DNA of 64,000 nt from Guillardia theta CCMP2712. Its lineage: Eukaryota > Protista > Cryptophyta. Where the stretch lies: NCBI RefSeq assembly GCF_000315625.1, contig NW_005434669.1:629583-693582 (forward strand), read 5' to 3'. Shown one piece after another: positions 37,099 through 49,550 of this stretch. The translations under genes were made by a program, and so were the position numbers. The notes under the pieces were generated by a model that did no database searches, was not told the origin of the DNA, and worked only from the letters and a program-made list of their open reading frames with translations. Each line of letters starts with the position of its first letter. Within the stretch, counting starts at the first letter, position 1.

Positions 37099-37198
37099 NN
37101 NNNNNNNNNNNNNNNNNNNNNNNNNNNNNNNNNNNNNNNNNNNNNNNNNNNNNNNNNNNNNNNNNNNNNNNNNNNNNNNNNNNNNNNNNNNNNNNNNN
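37099..37198. other. Assembly gap (100 N)
   Basis: Run of N. Confidence 1.
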
Positions 37199-37240
37199 TT
37201 CGAGTCCCCTCCGGCCTAGCGCTGAAAATCCTCCGCAGCA

Positions 37241-40200
37241 TCAGCGGATGAAGAGAATATTGAGCCGACCGAGTCGAGTGAGACGAAACAGCAGCAGGAA
37301 GAGCAGGAGAGCAACGACACTTGCTCGGAGTTGCCGACCGTGATGAAGTATAGCTACCTTCTCTTGCCTATCCTTTTTTTCCATGTATCCTTCGTCGCTA
37401 GGCTCTTCCTCTTCTCTCCAGCTTCAATCTGAAATTCAACCAGGGGACCAGGTTTTCGATCGATCAAGTTCAAGAGAATGAGTCTGACGGTCAGTGTTGA
37501 GCTTGTACCTTTCAGGAGTATCATTTGCTTTGCTGTGTGACTCTTTTGGTTTGCCAACAGGGACTGAGCAAGTCGGGAGGGAGGGATGAAGGGAACGGGA
37601 AAGGAAGTAGGAGGGAATGATGAAGTTACAGACCTTCATCAAAGCCAGGAAATCAGGCTGAAAGAAACCTTTCCATCAGGAATGATCAAACGTTAATGAG
37701 GTTTGAAGGAAGAAGAAGTTTGGAATTTGTTGCGTTTCTGTCAGGTCGTATAGTGTCATGTATCAAGTGCAGGGAGTGAGGATGAGGAAAGTTGACCAGG
37801 GGTCAAGGCGTTGCTGTTGTATCGCAATTGACAGTGAGAGCAGATGTTTCAGAAGCTCATCCCTGATCGAAGCGTCTCGGGCCCTTACAGCATTCATGTC
37901 CGCGACGATCTTGACCCAACGCAGCCACGAGATGGTATGAGAGAGAGGAGAGGCGAATCACTGGTCATCTTACTGCTCTGTAGACCGTGGGTCCTTCAGG
38001 CTCGGGCATGACTGGAACGGAAACTCTCGAAGATTCGCGTCCATGGCGAAGCCGCAGGATCTCTGCAGCACCATGAAGAACTTCTGCTGAAGGGGAGGAG
38101 GAGAAGATATCTGCAGGCGGACGGTTGACGACGGCTCGAACTGATTCTCATGTTGTGGTTCACTTTCAGGCCTTGGGAGGACATGGTTTGCTAGATTATT
38201 TGCATCAATTGATAATGAATCCTAATGTTCTCTTGATGCAGCCTTCAAATGATGCTGCGATGACACGATAGTCCAGCTGCTTTCCTGTGCTCCACAACTC
38301 GCTCTGTTCCACAAACTGTCGATCTCTCAATCAGCGTCTGACTTCCTCACAAACTCGCACACCAGTTTCATGCAGCGCTGATCACTCAAGATAACTCCCA
38401 GAAGAGCGAAGGAGAAGAGCAGCAGGGAGAAGAGAAGATAGAAGCTTGAAAGGCGTGAGCAGCATAAGCAGGGAGATTTCACGGTCACCATGAACTTGTC
38501 AGCTTGCGGTTGAAGATTTTCTTTCGAATCGCTCTCGCAGTCGATCTGATCTCTGCAGGTACAGGATCAGCAGCTTACATGATCTGCAAACTCGCTTGCC
38601 AGTGACTTGACTCAACTTGTTCATCTTCTTCTGTACTTTGGCCTTCTCTGCAAAGAATTTTGCTAGTCAGAAAGAACAAAAGCAGATGACGAAGGAAAAG
38701 ATGCATAGAGCGGCTCGATGGAGGAGGATGGGAAGAGGATAAAAATACTTGCAAACTCTGCACCATCTTCCTTGCTCACTTGAGCTGCGGGCAGCATGTC
38801 ATTAAAAATTATTTCTCCGCCTCGGTACCTTCTATCAACGCAGCTTCTGTTTTGCAAGCCGCTTCGATCTCCATCATCCCCTGTAGTATGTTCATCGACT
38901 CAGCGATCTTTGCCCATCTCCCACCTGCACAAGGACTCGCTCTGGCAGCTTGGAAGTTTCTCGCAGGATTTCATGGAGGAGAAGAAGTGTGGCGTTGAGA
39001 TGCCTTGAGGACAAGAACGATTACAGAGGATCAAAATCCCTTCCAAGGTGAAGCTTTCAGGGTTGATATTTCATTTTACCCCTGATGATGTTTGACCAGC
39101 TCCCTCATCGTGACTCCCTCAGTGTCTTGTCGCAGAAAGGTCATCATGAGCTCCTTGCTCGTCGCCTGCAAGTCTTCTGGCATCTCTGTCGAGACAATAG
39201 GCAAGAAGAGAGGGACGATGCTAAGGCTGACGTCACTGGAACCCACTCTCAACTCCTTCCTCTCACCTCCCCCTGACGGACTGCGACTTTCCCACCATAG
39301 CAAATCGCAGAATTCCTGTTTGAGAGGATGACGGGATCAAGTAAGAAAGAAGGCGACGACCTGAGAGCTCCGAGCGCAGCACAGCCAAGGTTTCATTGTT
39401 CTTGTTGTTCTCTTGTAAGCTTCCGGGATGACTCAACTTGACGATGCGGAGGAGTGTCTCTCCATCAACCTTGGATTCAGTGTCAGATAGCGGAGAGGAT
39501 ATGACAGAATAAGAAAGAGGAAATGAAATACTGAGAACTAGACTAACAACATTCCTTACCACGGTCGACGCTGCTGCTGGGGCATTTTTGAGCTTTGCAA
39601 GAAGGTACTTCAGAAGTTCTGCCGATTGCTTCGACAATTTTCCCCTTTAAAAAAAAGACAAGGTCATTCCAAGACTATAGGGGTTGACATAAAATTTACC
39701 CGTGGGATCGCTCGAGCTCTACGACTGGAAGCAGGTGAAGGAACCAGCAGTTCAAAGCAGCTACGACATTCTTGCTTGACAGCTGGCAGCACATCCACAG
39801 CAGAGAGGGAACAGCTTGAGCAGCGACCCTTCCTTCCGCCTGCAAGACAAACCTGCCAACAAGATTGCTTGGGCATCGTTGCAATCTCTCTTGTTACCTT
39901 CCCAGTCGCAAACCATTCTCATGAAACGATGGTGTTGATCCATCGCCAGAGCAATGTTGGAGCATGATTTGTAGCAAGGCTTTCAGCCCCACATAAGGTT
40001 TCTCTCCTCCTTTGCCGTTCAGCCCTCCACCCGGCATGGCAGTTTCCACGAGGAAGGTGAAGAACTGTTGCAAGGAAGAGGAGTCGAAGTCTCCGATCCA
40101 TCGAGACACCAACTGACAAAGATGATTGAGCTGTGAGACGTGTCGAGAACTGACTCACCTCCGTCACTGCCCCACTCAAGAAACTCGCAGGTTCCTTCTC

Positions 40201-40686
40201 CCAAGCAGCTGGAGACTGCCCGATTGCAACCTGCTGACTCCACGAAAAGTCCAGTTTGCACTGACTGAAGTTCTCTTCGAACATCTCTGCAAGTTTCAGA
40301 AGCTGGATATCAGGCTTGTCGTGGTGACATGCTACTATGCTGTCAAGCTCGCCCTTGACCTTCTCAACTTTCATCGACACACTCTTAACCAACTTGGGCT
40401 CATTGCAGGGGATTGAGGGTTTCTGCGTGTTTGATTGCGCTGTTCTGGGCTTCGAAGACTTAGTTGAGGTGTCTTGGCTACTCGCCTGGCTCCTCTCACT
40501 CTTCTTGTCACGTTTCTCCAACATTTTGAGGAGCTCTCCACCGTTCACATCGTAACGAATGGCATCGGCTTGCTTCAAAACCTTCTCGCTCGCTTTTTTC
40601 GCCTTCTCAAGCTTTTCAGCCTGACTGAGTTTCCTCTTGGGACCTTTGGTAACATCCTGCCAGACCTCCTTCTTCGTCTCCTCCAT
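37241..40686 (-). CDS. TMEM214 (DUF2359)-like protein, many exons, 3' end uncertain
   Basis: MEETKKEVWQDVTKGPKRK start. KPDIQLLKLAEMFEENF...FSW...P.SFLS...SRWI resembles plant TMEM214. Hydrophobic C-terminal stretch. Confidence 0.5.
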
Positions 40687-40923
40687 TGTCGTCCACTTTT
40701 TGTCGAATCCCCTGTCTCTGCCGGAGGAACGGGCATCACGCAGAGACATCAGCAAGTGAAGGTGGAACATGCGTCGCGTGCTCTGAATGTGGGTTTGTCG
40801 CGTGCTATTGCAATGCAGGGACGGCAACTGAGGGTATAGGAGAGAAAAGGAGAACGTGCCAACTGTAAGAGAGGATGGACTTCGAGGATCGTGAGAGCCA
40901 TCAGGACGGACAGAGACGGAGGA

Positions 40924-40924
<1 letters not shown>

Positions 40925-40988
<64 letters not shown>
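40925..40988 (+). repeat. (GACA)n microsatellite
   Basis: About 16 units visible. Confidence 0.9.
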
Positions 40989-41572
40989 GGGAGAGAGAGA
41001 GGGAGAAAGAGGAAAAGGGAGGCAGGCAGGGAGGCAGGCAGAGAGATAGGGAGCATGAGACGAGGGAGAGGGTGAAGAGGGTGATTGAGGATTGGTGGGG
41101 GGGGGGGCAGGGAGGGAGGGAAGGAAGGGAGGGAGACGATGGAGTTGGGGGATGGAGGGGAGATAAAGGATGGAGGGGAGTTGGGGGATGGAGGGGACAT
41201 GAGGGATGGAGAGGACATGAGGGGATCACCGGAGGAAATCGTCTGATGATCCCTGTGCATAGAAAGTTGCCATGACGAATGCGCAGGTTTCTTTGACGGG
41301 TTGTTTTTCGTTCAAAGTAAAGGGGGTAGTAGGTGCTACCTGGTGGGTGGGTACGTGGAGGTGCCGCAAATTCATAGGGGGGTAGTGGTATAAAATTGGT
41401 AATTGCTGAGGTGGGGTCAATAAATGTTGGGTGGAGATTGGATAACGGGGGGTAGGGGTCATATCTTTCTGGAAGGTTCTGCCTTTAGCATGTGCTGTCT
41501 CTCCACTCGGCCTATTCTCAGAACTGAGGCGAACTCGGACTACTCCTAACTAACTAATAAAAGGAGGTACTT

Positions 41573-42777
41573 TTACTTGCGGATCTGACCATCATCGTCG
41601 TCCATGTCTAATAGCTGACACGTGAAGACATCAGACGCAATCGAGTACAGCATCTCATCAGCATCACCTTTCGTATTTCTTGTTTTTCCTTCTCCACTGC
41701 TGCTCGAAGGTTCAGTTCCTGCTCACCGTCAGAGAAGAGCATCTGAATGTCACACTCACAGCTTGAATCTCCTCCGCGAGATCATTGCCATCCCTTCCGT
41801 CTACTGCATGCTCGCTTCCAGTCGCTTCCTGACTCAAATCTTCCAGCTGATCGTAGAGCGCATCCCGATCGTATTTTGCTTGTGAAAATTGTTCTTCAGA
41901 CTCTTGTGCTGCTTTCTTGTGCAGACCAGCTGGATCGTGATCCTTCTCTCTCTCCAGTTGCTTCAAGATCTCTTCTTCATCGCTAACTGGGGTGTTGAAC
42001 GACTGGGAAAAAGGCTTCACAGTCGGGATCAGCTTCAATCCCTCCGTGTTCTTCTTCGCCATCGAGAACTTTGACAAGGGAGTCCAGTCACTTGTTTCAC
42101 CGTACATTCCTATTGATGCATTGCCAATGATGCGCAGCCCTTCGCTGCTCGATGAGTCCGTGTCTTGAGGGAAGAGCTGCAGGATCGACCCCAACAGCAG
42201 GAGAGCAGGCCTCCCATCGCGGAACCTCAATCTATCCTCCTTATTCTTTGGGGGAAGGAACATCACAATCTCGACGACTTTCCGTCCATAAACGTCTTGT
42301 TTGCATCTCCATTGCCCTCCAGAAACGCGCTGATCACTTGCCCACGATACATTGAGATTGTCGTACTCCCCCGACAATCGCGGCCCCCCAGCGACCTAAC
42401 TCGGAGGCTTAAGCATCAAGCAACACGCAGGCGTACAAGGGCATCACCTGACCATCGGCTCTGAGCGTGACCATCTCCTCCTCCCCGTTCCATGACTGCG
42501 CCGTCTGATTCTGCAGGCCAATCAGCTTCCAGAATCCAACCAGGTCCTTGTCGATGCAGAATTCATTGTCGTCGGTGGGAGAAAACCTGCGTTGGCTGGC
42601 GACCAGCGTTGAGGCTCTCTTCCTTGAAAGATAATCACGAGGCCGTACCCTGCAGGTAACGGGCCGCCAGACTACTCGTGGAAGCACGTGTGGAAACAAG
42701 CTGACATGCTGATACCCTTGTGCTGTTCCCTGCAACGAAAGAACAAGACCCAGAATCAAGTGAAAGCTGCTGACCAT
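41573..42777 (-). CDS. Hypothetical protein with signal peptide plus Arg-rich transit-like segment (likely complex-plastid targeted)
   Basis: MVSSFHLILGLVLSLQGTAQGY followed by an R/S-rich stretch. Exons in ORFs 42409-42960 and 41712-42377; acidic tail. Confidence 0.55.
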
Positions 42778-43132
42778 CCGTCTCCCTATGAACCTCAACT
42801 TTACAACCCCTCCTCTTTCACCGCCATCACCATCTCCTCCTCCTCCTCCTCCTCCTCCTCCTCCTCCTCCTCCTCCTCCTCCTCCTCCTCGTCCCCTCCC
42901 TGCATTAACGAAGGACTTCCCTGAGTCCCTTCTATTGGGCATGGAACAAGTTTTAGTCAACTCTTCAAGCTTTTAAGGCATATGCCCTTAAAATTTAAAG
43001 GATATACCCTAAAAATAGCAACCCCGGCCTTGTTTCATACCTCGAAAGGTGCGCCCAATTTGAAGATAACATGGCAATGAAGGAACGAGGAAGGGAGGGA
43101 AAGCAAGGGTGATAGAGCAAGAGAAGGCTCAG

Positions 43133-46100
43133 ATGGGGAAGAAGAAGAACCTCGTGCTCTCATCCTCTTCTCGTCCCTCCGATGTCCGCGTGGTTCTGCG
43201 CGCCTGTCCTTGCGAAGGCTGCGATCGAGAGTTGTCAGCTCTGAATGAAAGCCAAGGAGCGATAGAGATCCGCGGTCAGGCTCTCCTTCCCTCATGCGCG
43301 CCTTTGATAGACTCCTCATAGGTCGTGCTGTCACCTTGCGGCATACCCGTGTGTTGGGGCCACGAGCGAATCAGACTGAGGTACCTGGGTGTGGGGTCAT
43401 CATCGCTGACGAGCCTCCAGCTCTATAAGGAGGTTGCCGTTGACTTGGCAGATCAGCTCTTGAAAGGTTTTGAATGCTGCATCGCTAAGCCGTCTCACGT
43501 CTCCTAGGCCGCGACTGCTACCTGGTTGCTGCTGGTTCGCAACTCTCGGGCAAGGTAATGCAAGAGGCTGCAAGCTCCCTTTTGAGTGCCACCAACGCAG
43601 AGCTACAGCCTGCATGGGGAGCTGGGAGAGTACAGCAAGATGGGGCTGCTTCCTCGTGTGGGTGAGAGCTTTCACTTCCGTGTGTTCTCATGAGCCTATT
43701 GATCAGCCTCTGAAGTACTGGACCTCATCGAAGAACGTTTGCTTGATGACCCCCAACCCCCCTGCTGTTGTTTTGATGTTCAGGCAGGAAGACTGAAAGT
43801 GACTGCAAGCATCAGCTCTGTGCTGCTTCATGCTGACAGGTCAGAGAAACTGAGGGGAGGGTGAGGGTGAAAGGCTTCCAGGGCAAAGGACCTTCTGTCT
43901 GCTCCTCCCATGCGACGGCAAATCAAGACATCACAAGAAACAGGCGAGAGAGGAGGGGAAAGGGGGAAGGAGGGAGAAGTGAGATGCTGAGGCAGGTTGG
44001 AAGGTGCAGGGCCTGCAGGAAGTGAAGGTGACCAGGCTGAGCGACCTGCTCCTCGCTCTCGAAAAGATCCGACGAGCGACGCGAGTGAGCAGCCACAGCT
44101 TCCACCTCGTGTCCTTGCTGATGCATCTCAGCTGGACATGGCGGCTGGACACGTGGTCACCTTTCTTTCCTTCCATGGTGAAGATGCTCCGCTCGGTGCT
44201 TGTGGCTTGCGTTGCTCCGCCACGTGACGTGAGATCAGAGTCAAGGCTGGTGGCTGTTGAGGTGTTGGCTGATGACGATCAGCTTCTCGCTGTTGAAGGG
44301 ATCGCCGAGGGCTTCTCCCTCCCCTGCTCAAGACGCACCAGCCTTTCTTCCTCTGCCGCTACTCCACCCTCCTCCTTGTTGCCTCAAGTGCTGAAGGCTG
44401 GATGGCGCGATGGGAGCGTCGTCGCTTTCATTGTTTGCTTCTCTCCTCGGTCAACCAGTTCTCAGCTCAAGTTGGAGCTGTTCACGCGCTGTTTGCTCTT
44501 TCTCGACAATCTCGGAGAGCAAGTTGCTCCTCCACTGAGTGAGACCTCATCTCCTCCTCGTCCAAGTACGGAACCAGCTAGTCGTTCTCGCGATGGAGGA
44601 TTGAAGCCCGCAAGCCTGAAAGCCTTGATAGAGAGCAAGCGACGAATCCAGGAGACCAGAACTTTTACACAAGGCGACGACGTACAAAGGATGGAAGACT
44701 TTCATAAGGGAGCAGAAGAATCTGCAGCGCTCGGGAAGCAACCGGTGGCTGAGGGCCTGTCATCCTCCCGGCCTTGTGCTGCCTCTCCTCGTCACGCGTT
44801 GGAGCAAGATCGATCAAGATACCTCAGCATGGTAGAAGATGCGCACAGGTTGTCTATGAGACTTCACCTTCCTCTACACACCTCATCCTTCATGAAATCC
44901 TCTCCTTCCCCGTTCTGCTCGTTTCCACCAGCCATCCTTGTTGTGGCTTCTTCCAAAGCTTCTTGCTTCGCTTGTTCCGCTGACGGACTTCGATCAGGCA
45001 GCTTGCAAGCTCGGAAGAGGCTCTTAGAGCAGCGAGGAGGTGAGGGGTTTATCCTGTCTGGGGGAAGGACTCACAGGGTGCAGAGAGCTGCTGAATGAGC
45101 GACGACAGCGAGAAAGTTTGCGCGAGAGAATGGAGGAGGAGACGAGGCAGCAGTGCGAGGTTCAGCTCGTGTCCCTGACTTGCTCTTATCATCCCGCAGC
45201 TCTGGTCGTCACTGCGGCGCCTCGCAACTTCGGTGGGTAGGAAGTTGCCGGAGGACGAGAAGTCTCACCATTGTCTTGACGCGCTTGAAGGGTGAGAGGA
45301 GGAGGGAGGAAGGTGCCATGGTGTCGTTATGGACGCATGGATGCAACAGAATTCAACTGACTACGCGTAGGCTCATCGGAGATCTGGAGGAGGAGCACGC
45401 GGCGGCAGCAGCCGTGAGGGCTGAGATGGTACACGTGCCGAGAGGAGGACAAGGACCTCAGGCATGTTGCCAGGAAGAGCTGCGGGAGAGTGTGAGGGTG
45501 ATGAGTCGAACGGTGCGGACGAGGAGAAGGAGGGAGGAGATGACGCGCAAGGCAGGTGGAGGAGAAGGAGAAGGAAGCAGAGGAGCTCTTGTTGGAAAGA
45601 AACGAGGCCCGAGAGGTTCTCTTCACTCTCCTCTCCCTGTCTGATCTCCATCAGGACGCTGCTCGTCTTTCTCAACAGCTGGACGAAGCTAAGGTGCCTC
45701 GTCTTGTGCTAAACTCTACCTCAGCTGAGCTGGCAGGAGAGAAATCTCATGCTGGAACGCCTGGAGGAGGAGGTCAAACAGACAAGAACCATGTCGAAAG
45801 CCGGAGAGCGACGACAGGAGGAGCAGGTTGAAGGCCTGACAAGACGGCTGCGTGTGCTTGAGGAGGAGCTAACGAGAGTGAGGGAGGAAGCAGATGGGCT
45901 CAAAAAGCAGCTTGCAGAGGCAGAGGAAGCGACTGAGGCCCTCCAAGCTGAAGTGAAGGAGGAGAGGCGAAGGCAAGAGGACGAGGCTCGCAAGTCAGAG
46001 TCAGTCAAGTGCGAGTTGCAGAAAATGCGAGAGGAAGCAGAGCAGTTAAACAAGGAGAGGAGAATGTTGCTCTCTGCTCAGGACGAGGCTGACAGTCTCT

Positions 46101-47358
46101 CACGTGGAATGCAGCAGCTGGACAAATCGCTTGCAGAAGTGACGGCATCGCTGAGGGTGTCGGAGGCAAGGAGAGAGGACGAGTTCAAGCGAGCGCGAGA
46201 GGCGGAGCAGACGATCCTCTCGCTACGTGAGGAGAGGACGAAGAAGGAGCTCGAGCTGCGTCAAATGTCGTTACAGCTGCTGGCCCTACAGGAGGAACTC
46301 AGAAGATCTCGCGAGAAAGAGGATGCGAGCAAGTCGAAGCTCGTCCAGCTCACGTCGTGCTGCGCATCAGCTCAACTAGCTCTGAAAGATTTGATCTCGA
46401 GCTCTCGAAGCTGTGGTAGCATCTGCGACTCGATGAGGATGGGGCTAGAAAAGGAGCAGGCGAGGTGGAGGGAACTTGAGGGGCAGCTGGAGAGACTGGA
46501 GGATGAGGCTGGAAGGCTGCAAGAGGAACGAGACTGGGCCCGAAGAAACTTAGAGAGAGAGAGGCACCAGCATGCAGACACGAGAGAACTTGTGAAGCAG
46601 CTGCAGGCGAAGATATCAGCGCTCGCCATGGAGGTGGAGGAGAGGTTGCCATGCTTGCCGCGCTCCTCTTGTGCTGATCCAGCAGCAGACACAGGGAGTT
46701 GATCGTGAGCCGAGGGCTGCTGGAGGTGAAGAGAAGCGCTTCCTCTTGGTCCCCTCATATCTCTACAGGAAACGAGTGGAAAGAAGGAGAAGGCAGAGAA
46801 GAACGAGTCGCTGCTGCGAGAGGTCAAACCTCCTCGTGCTGGTGGCCTCTCAAAGCTTGCAGGAGATGCGGGTGATCGAAGAGCTCATGCATGAGGAAGT
46901 AGCTCGACGTGATCTGAGCCTCCGAGAGCTTCAGGTCCTGCTGCCATCTCCTCCTCTCCTCGCCTCCTGCCTGAATTTCGATTCCCTCGGCAGCAACAGC
47001 ACAAGGAGCTGAGGAGCAGTCACGCCGCCTTGCAGGTGATTATTGTCGATGAATGTTCTCGCGCTTAACAGACAGCAGAGGAAGACGGTGCGTCCCGCGT
47101 GTGAGGGGGAAGCAACATCGTTCACTGAGCAGCAGCGAGAGCTTGACGAGGACAACGTTCGGATGCGGTGGCAGGCAGACGAATTGGCAGGACAGCTGGA
47201 AGGGATGGCTACTGGAGCTGAGAGGAAGGTAAGTGGACCGGATGAGAGGCTGCTGCTAATCTGTGCCCAAGTTTCGGCGTGCTCCTCTGCCCGAGGTCGA
47301 AGACTTGGACTTGTCTCCCTGGAGGAGCTTGCAAGGAGGAGGCGAGTCGTGTTATTAA
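43133..47358 (+). CDS. Highly divergent kinesin-like protein (N-terminal motor-homology domain plus long coiled coil)
   Basis: Spliced: DVRVVLRACP; RVLGPRANQTELYKEVAVDLADQLLKGRDCYLVAAGSQLSGKSYSLHG...GLLPR; VQGLQEVKV; VAFIVCFSP. Coiled coil in ORF 45749-46702. Confidence 0.75.
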
Positions 47359-49410
47359 AAGCCCTGGAAGCAAGCCTCGTAGCCGGGAAGACCACTCGCC
47401 CCTGCCCTGTGACCTGCGGGAAAGTTAAGAGGGATGGAAGGAGACGCGGGAGGAAACAACCGGAGGCTGACGAGACTCTGAAAGCAGAGGAGGATGCCAT
47501 TCAAAGGTCAAGCAGGAGAGACAGGGCAAGGAGAGAGCTCAACCTCTCCGCGTCGCTCTGCTCCACCTTCTCCCACACGCTGCTCACAGGAATGATGTCC
47601 TCGATTGTGATGGTCGGTTCTGAAAGAGTCACCGAGGAAGGAGAATCGCCGACGCTCACCTTTTGATACCTCTTCCCACTCCTTCCTCAGCTCAAACATC
47701 TTGTTCGCCCATGTGAAGTTGGTCGCTCCCTGTCCACTCCGTAACCTGGCATGCTCGTGCATGTCTTGACTCACCGCAACCGGAAAGGCTCTGCTCGCTC
47801 CAGGACCATCAGCTTCCGTCCCTCGCTGCTTGATGTCCTAAACCAACCCTCTGAGTCTGCCCCTGTTCTCCACGTGACCCAACCTCCCAGAAAGCGACCA
47901 TAAGAGTGACCCTCCTTCCCTTGGGATTCAAACTACCCTGAGGATCAGCGGAGGAAGCAAGCTGAAGGATGACCTGAAGGATCTGCCGGGAATCACCCCA
48001 TGCAGGACAGAACCGTCGAAGACAACATAGCGGTTCTCCTTGGGTTTGACCAGCCAACCCTGAGAGCAAGAATGCAGGAGAGGAGTCACGTGGAGCAGAA
48101 TCAGCGCAAAAAGGATGCAAAAATGTTCAGGGCAAGATAGAGGCTGTTGATTCAAACCTTGCAAGCGAGCTCGCGGTCATCAACTCGCTGGTCAGTCACG
48201 AGAGTGCAGCCTCCCGTGCCCTTGGAGAGAAGTTCAGTGACGCTAGCGAAGCACTACAACCTTCACCATGCTCAGGTACGTTACAGTCGTCACGATGGGG
48301 TTTCGCACACCTCCGATGCCCTCGTCATCTGCTCGCAGTCACTTGAAGTGCTCGCAACCTTCCGCACCTGAGTCGAAGTGAAGCTGATGACCCGACGGGT
48401 GGGGGCGGCAGTGGGCCCACCTACCTCTCGTCATGCGAGGAACAAGTCGCGAAATTATCAGCATGTCACCATTCGGCTTTCCTTGCCCTCGCAGCATGAG
48501 GGAACCTCGAGATGGCGTGCTTCCACAGCACATGAATGATCTGCAGGTCAACGTCAGGAAGGGGTCGCGGAGGAGCTGAGGTTCCTGTTCCATGTTGTTA
48601 CAAGCCGGTCGATCAATATCGTGCAAGTAAGAGAAGTATCCTGTTTGAGGAGAGAGATAGCTGTGCTCTCTCCAGAAGGCACTCGCTGGACTGAAGCACT
48701 CCTGCCGGAGGTCAAGGGTGTCAGACATGTCAAGGTGAGACCTGCAAGTGACGAAGCATGTCTGCTGGAAGAGCTTCATCGAGGACACAGAGCAGAGAAT
48801 CTCTTAGTAGTTGTGCGTTGCAATCTTGCTCTTGGTCTCCTCCTGCTGTCTTGGTCATCACCAATCCCGCATTGGGGTCTTCACCTTGACAAATCAGCTT
48901 TCCGCGGAAAACCTGGTACATGCAGTCACCCGGCTGCAGATGTGAAGTAACATGAGATCAGGTTACCTCTGGTGAAAGGCGGTACTCATAACCTTCGCCT
49001 TGGAGCAGCTCCTGAGCTTCCTTGTCTCGCCCCTGCAGGCAAAGCAGCAGCAGTAGCTTGTTGGTTGCCAAGGGGAGGAACGCAGACTCCGTCGATGAAG
49101 TATTTTTCTTGGCCACAGAAATGGCTTGCTTGAGCAGCTCTTCGACACGTGCGAGGCTGCTTTCCCCGTCCGCCTCATTCCATATCGCTTGGCTCAAAGC
49201 CACTCGCGCCTCAACCGAGTGTTCACTGGCCCCGACAGCCTGGTGCAAAGATTAGAATCGAGAAGAAGGCAGCGTTCAGGGGACCTGCTCCAGCATTGGC
49301 AGAGCTTCTTCGTCTTCTCCCTTCTCCTGCCTCTCTCGTGCCTCCTCCAGCACCTGGCGCGACCGACGCAACTGCATGAACGCACTCATCGACAACTTCT
49401 CTCCTGCCAT
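47355..49410 (-). CDS. 2OG-Fe(II) oxygenase-like protein (algal family)
   Basis: FWREHSY, GYFSYLH, AEW|WAHCRPHPSGHQLHFDS (HxD), GGCTLVTDQ, NRYVVFDGSVLHGVIPG (distal His), RRVTLMVAFW, ending YEACFQGF*. Confidence 0.75.
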
Positions 49411-49550
49411 TGCGCCTCCAAAACCCCTCATTCAGCCCCTCTCCAGCCCCCTGGCCTCATCCAGCCCTCATCTAGCCCCTCATCCAGCCTGCATCCAGCG
49501 GCCTCGCCTCATCTGATCATCGCCCTCATATCACCTCAAAGCATTGGCGG

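Noticed and set aside
39919-41229. 436-aa ORF with a repetitive N-terminus
   Set aside because: The first ~180 codons are microsatellite read-through; the plausible start is MEETKK at 40686.
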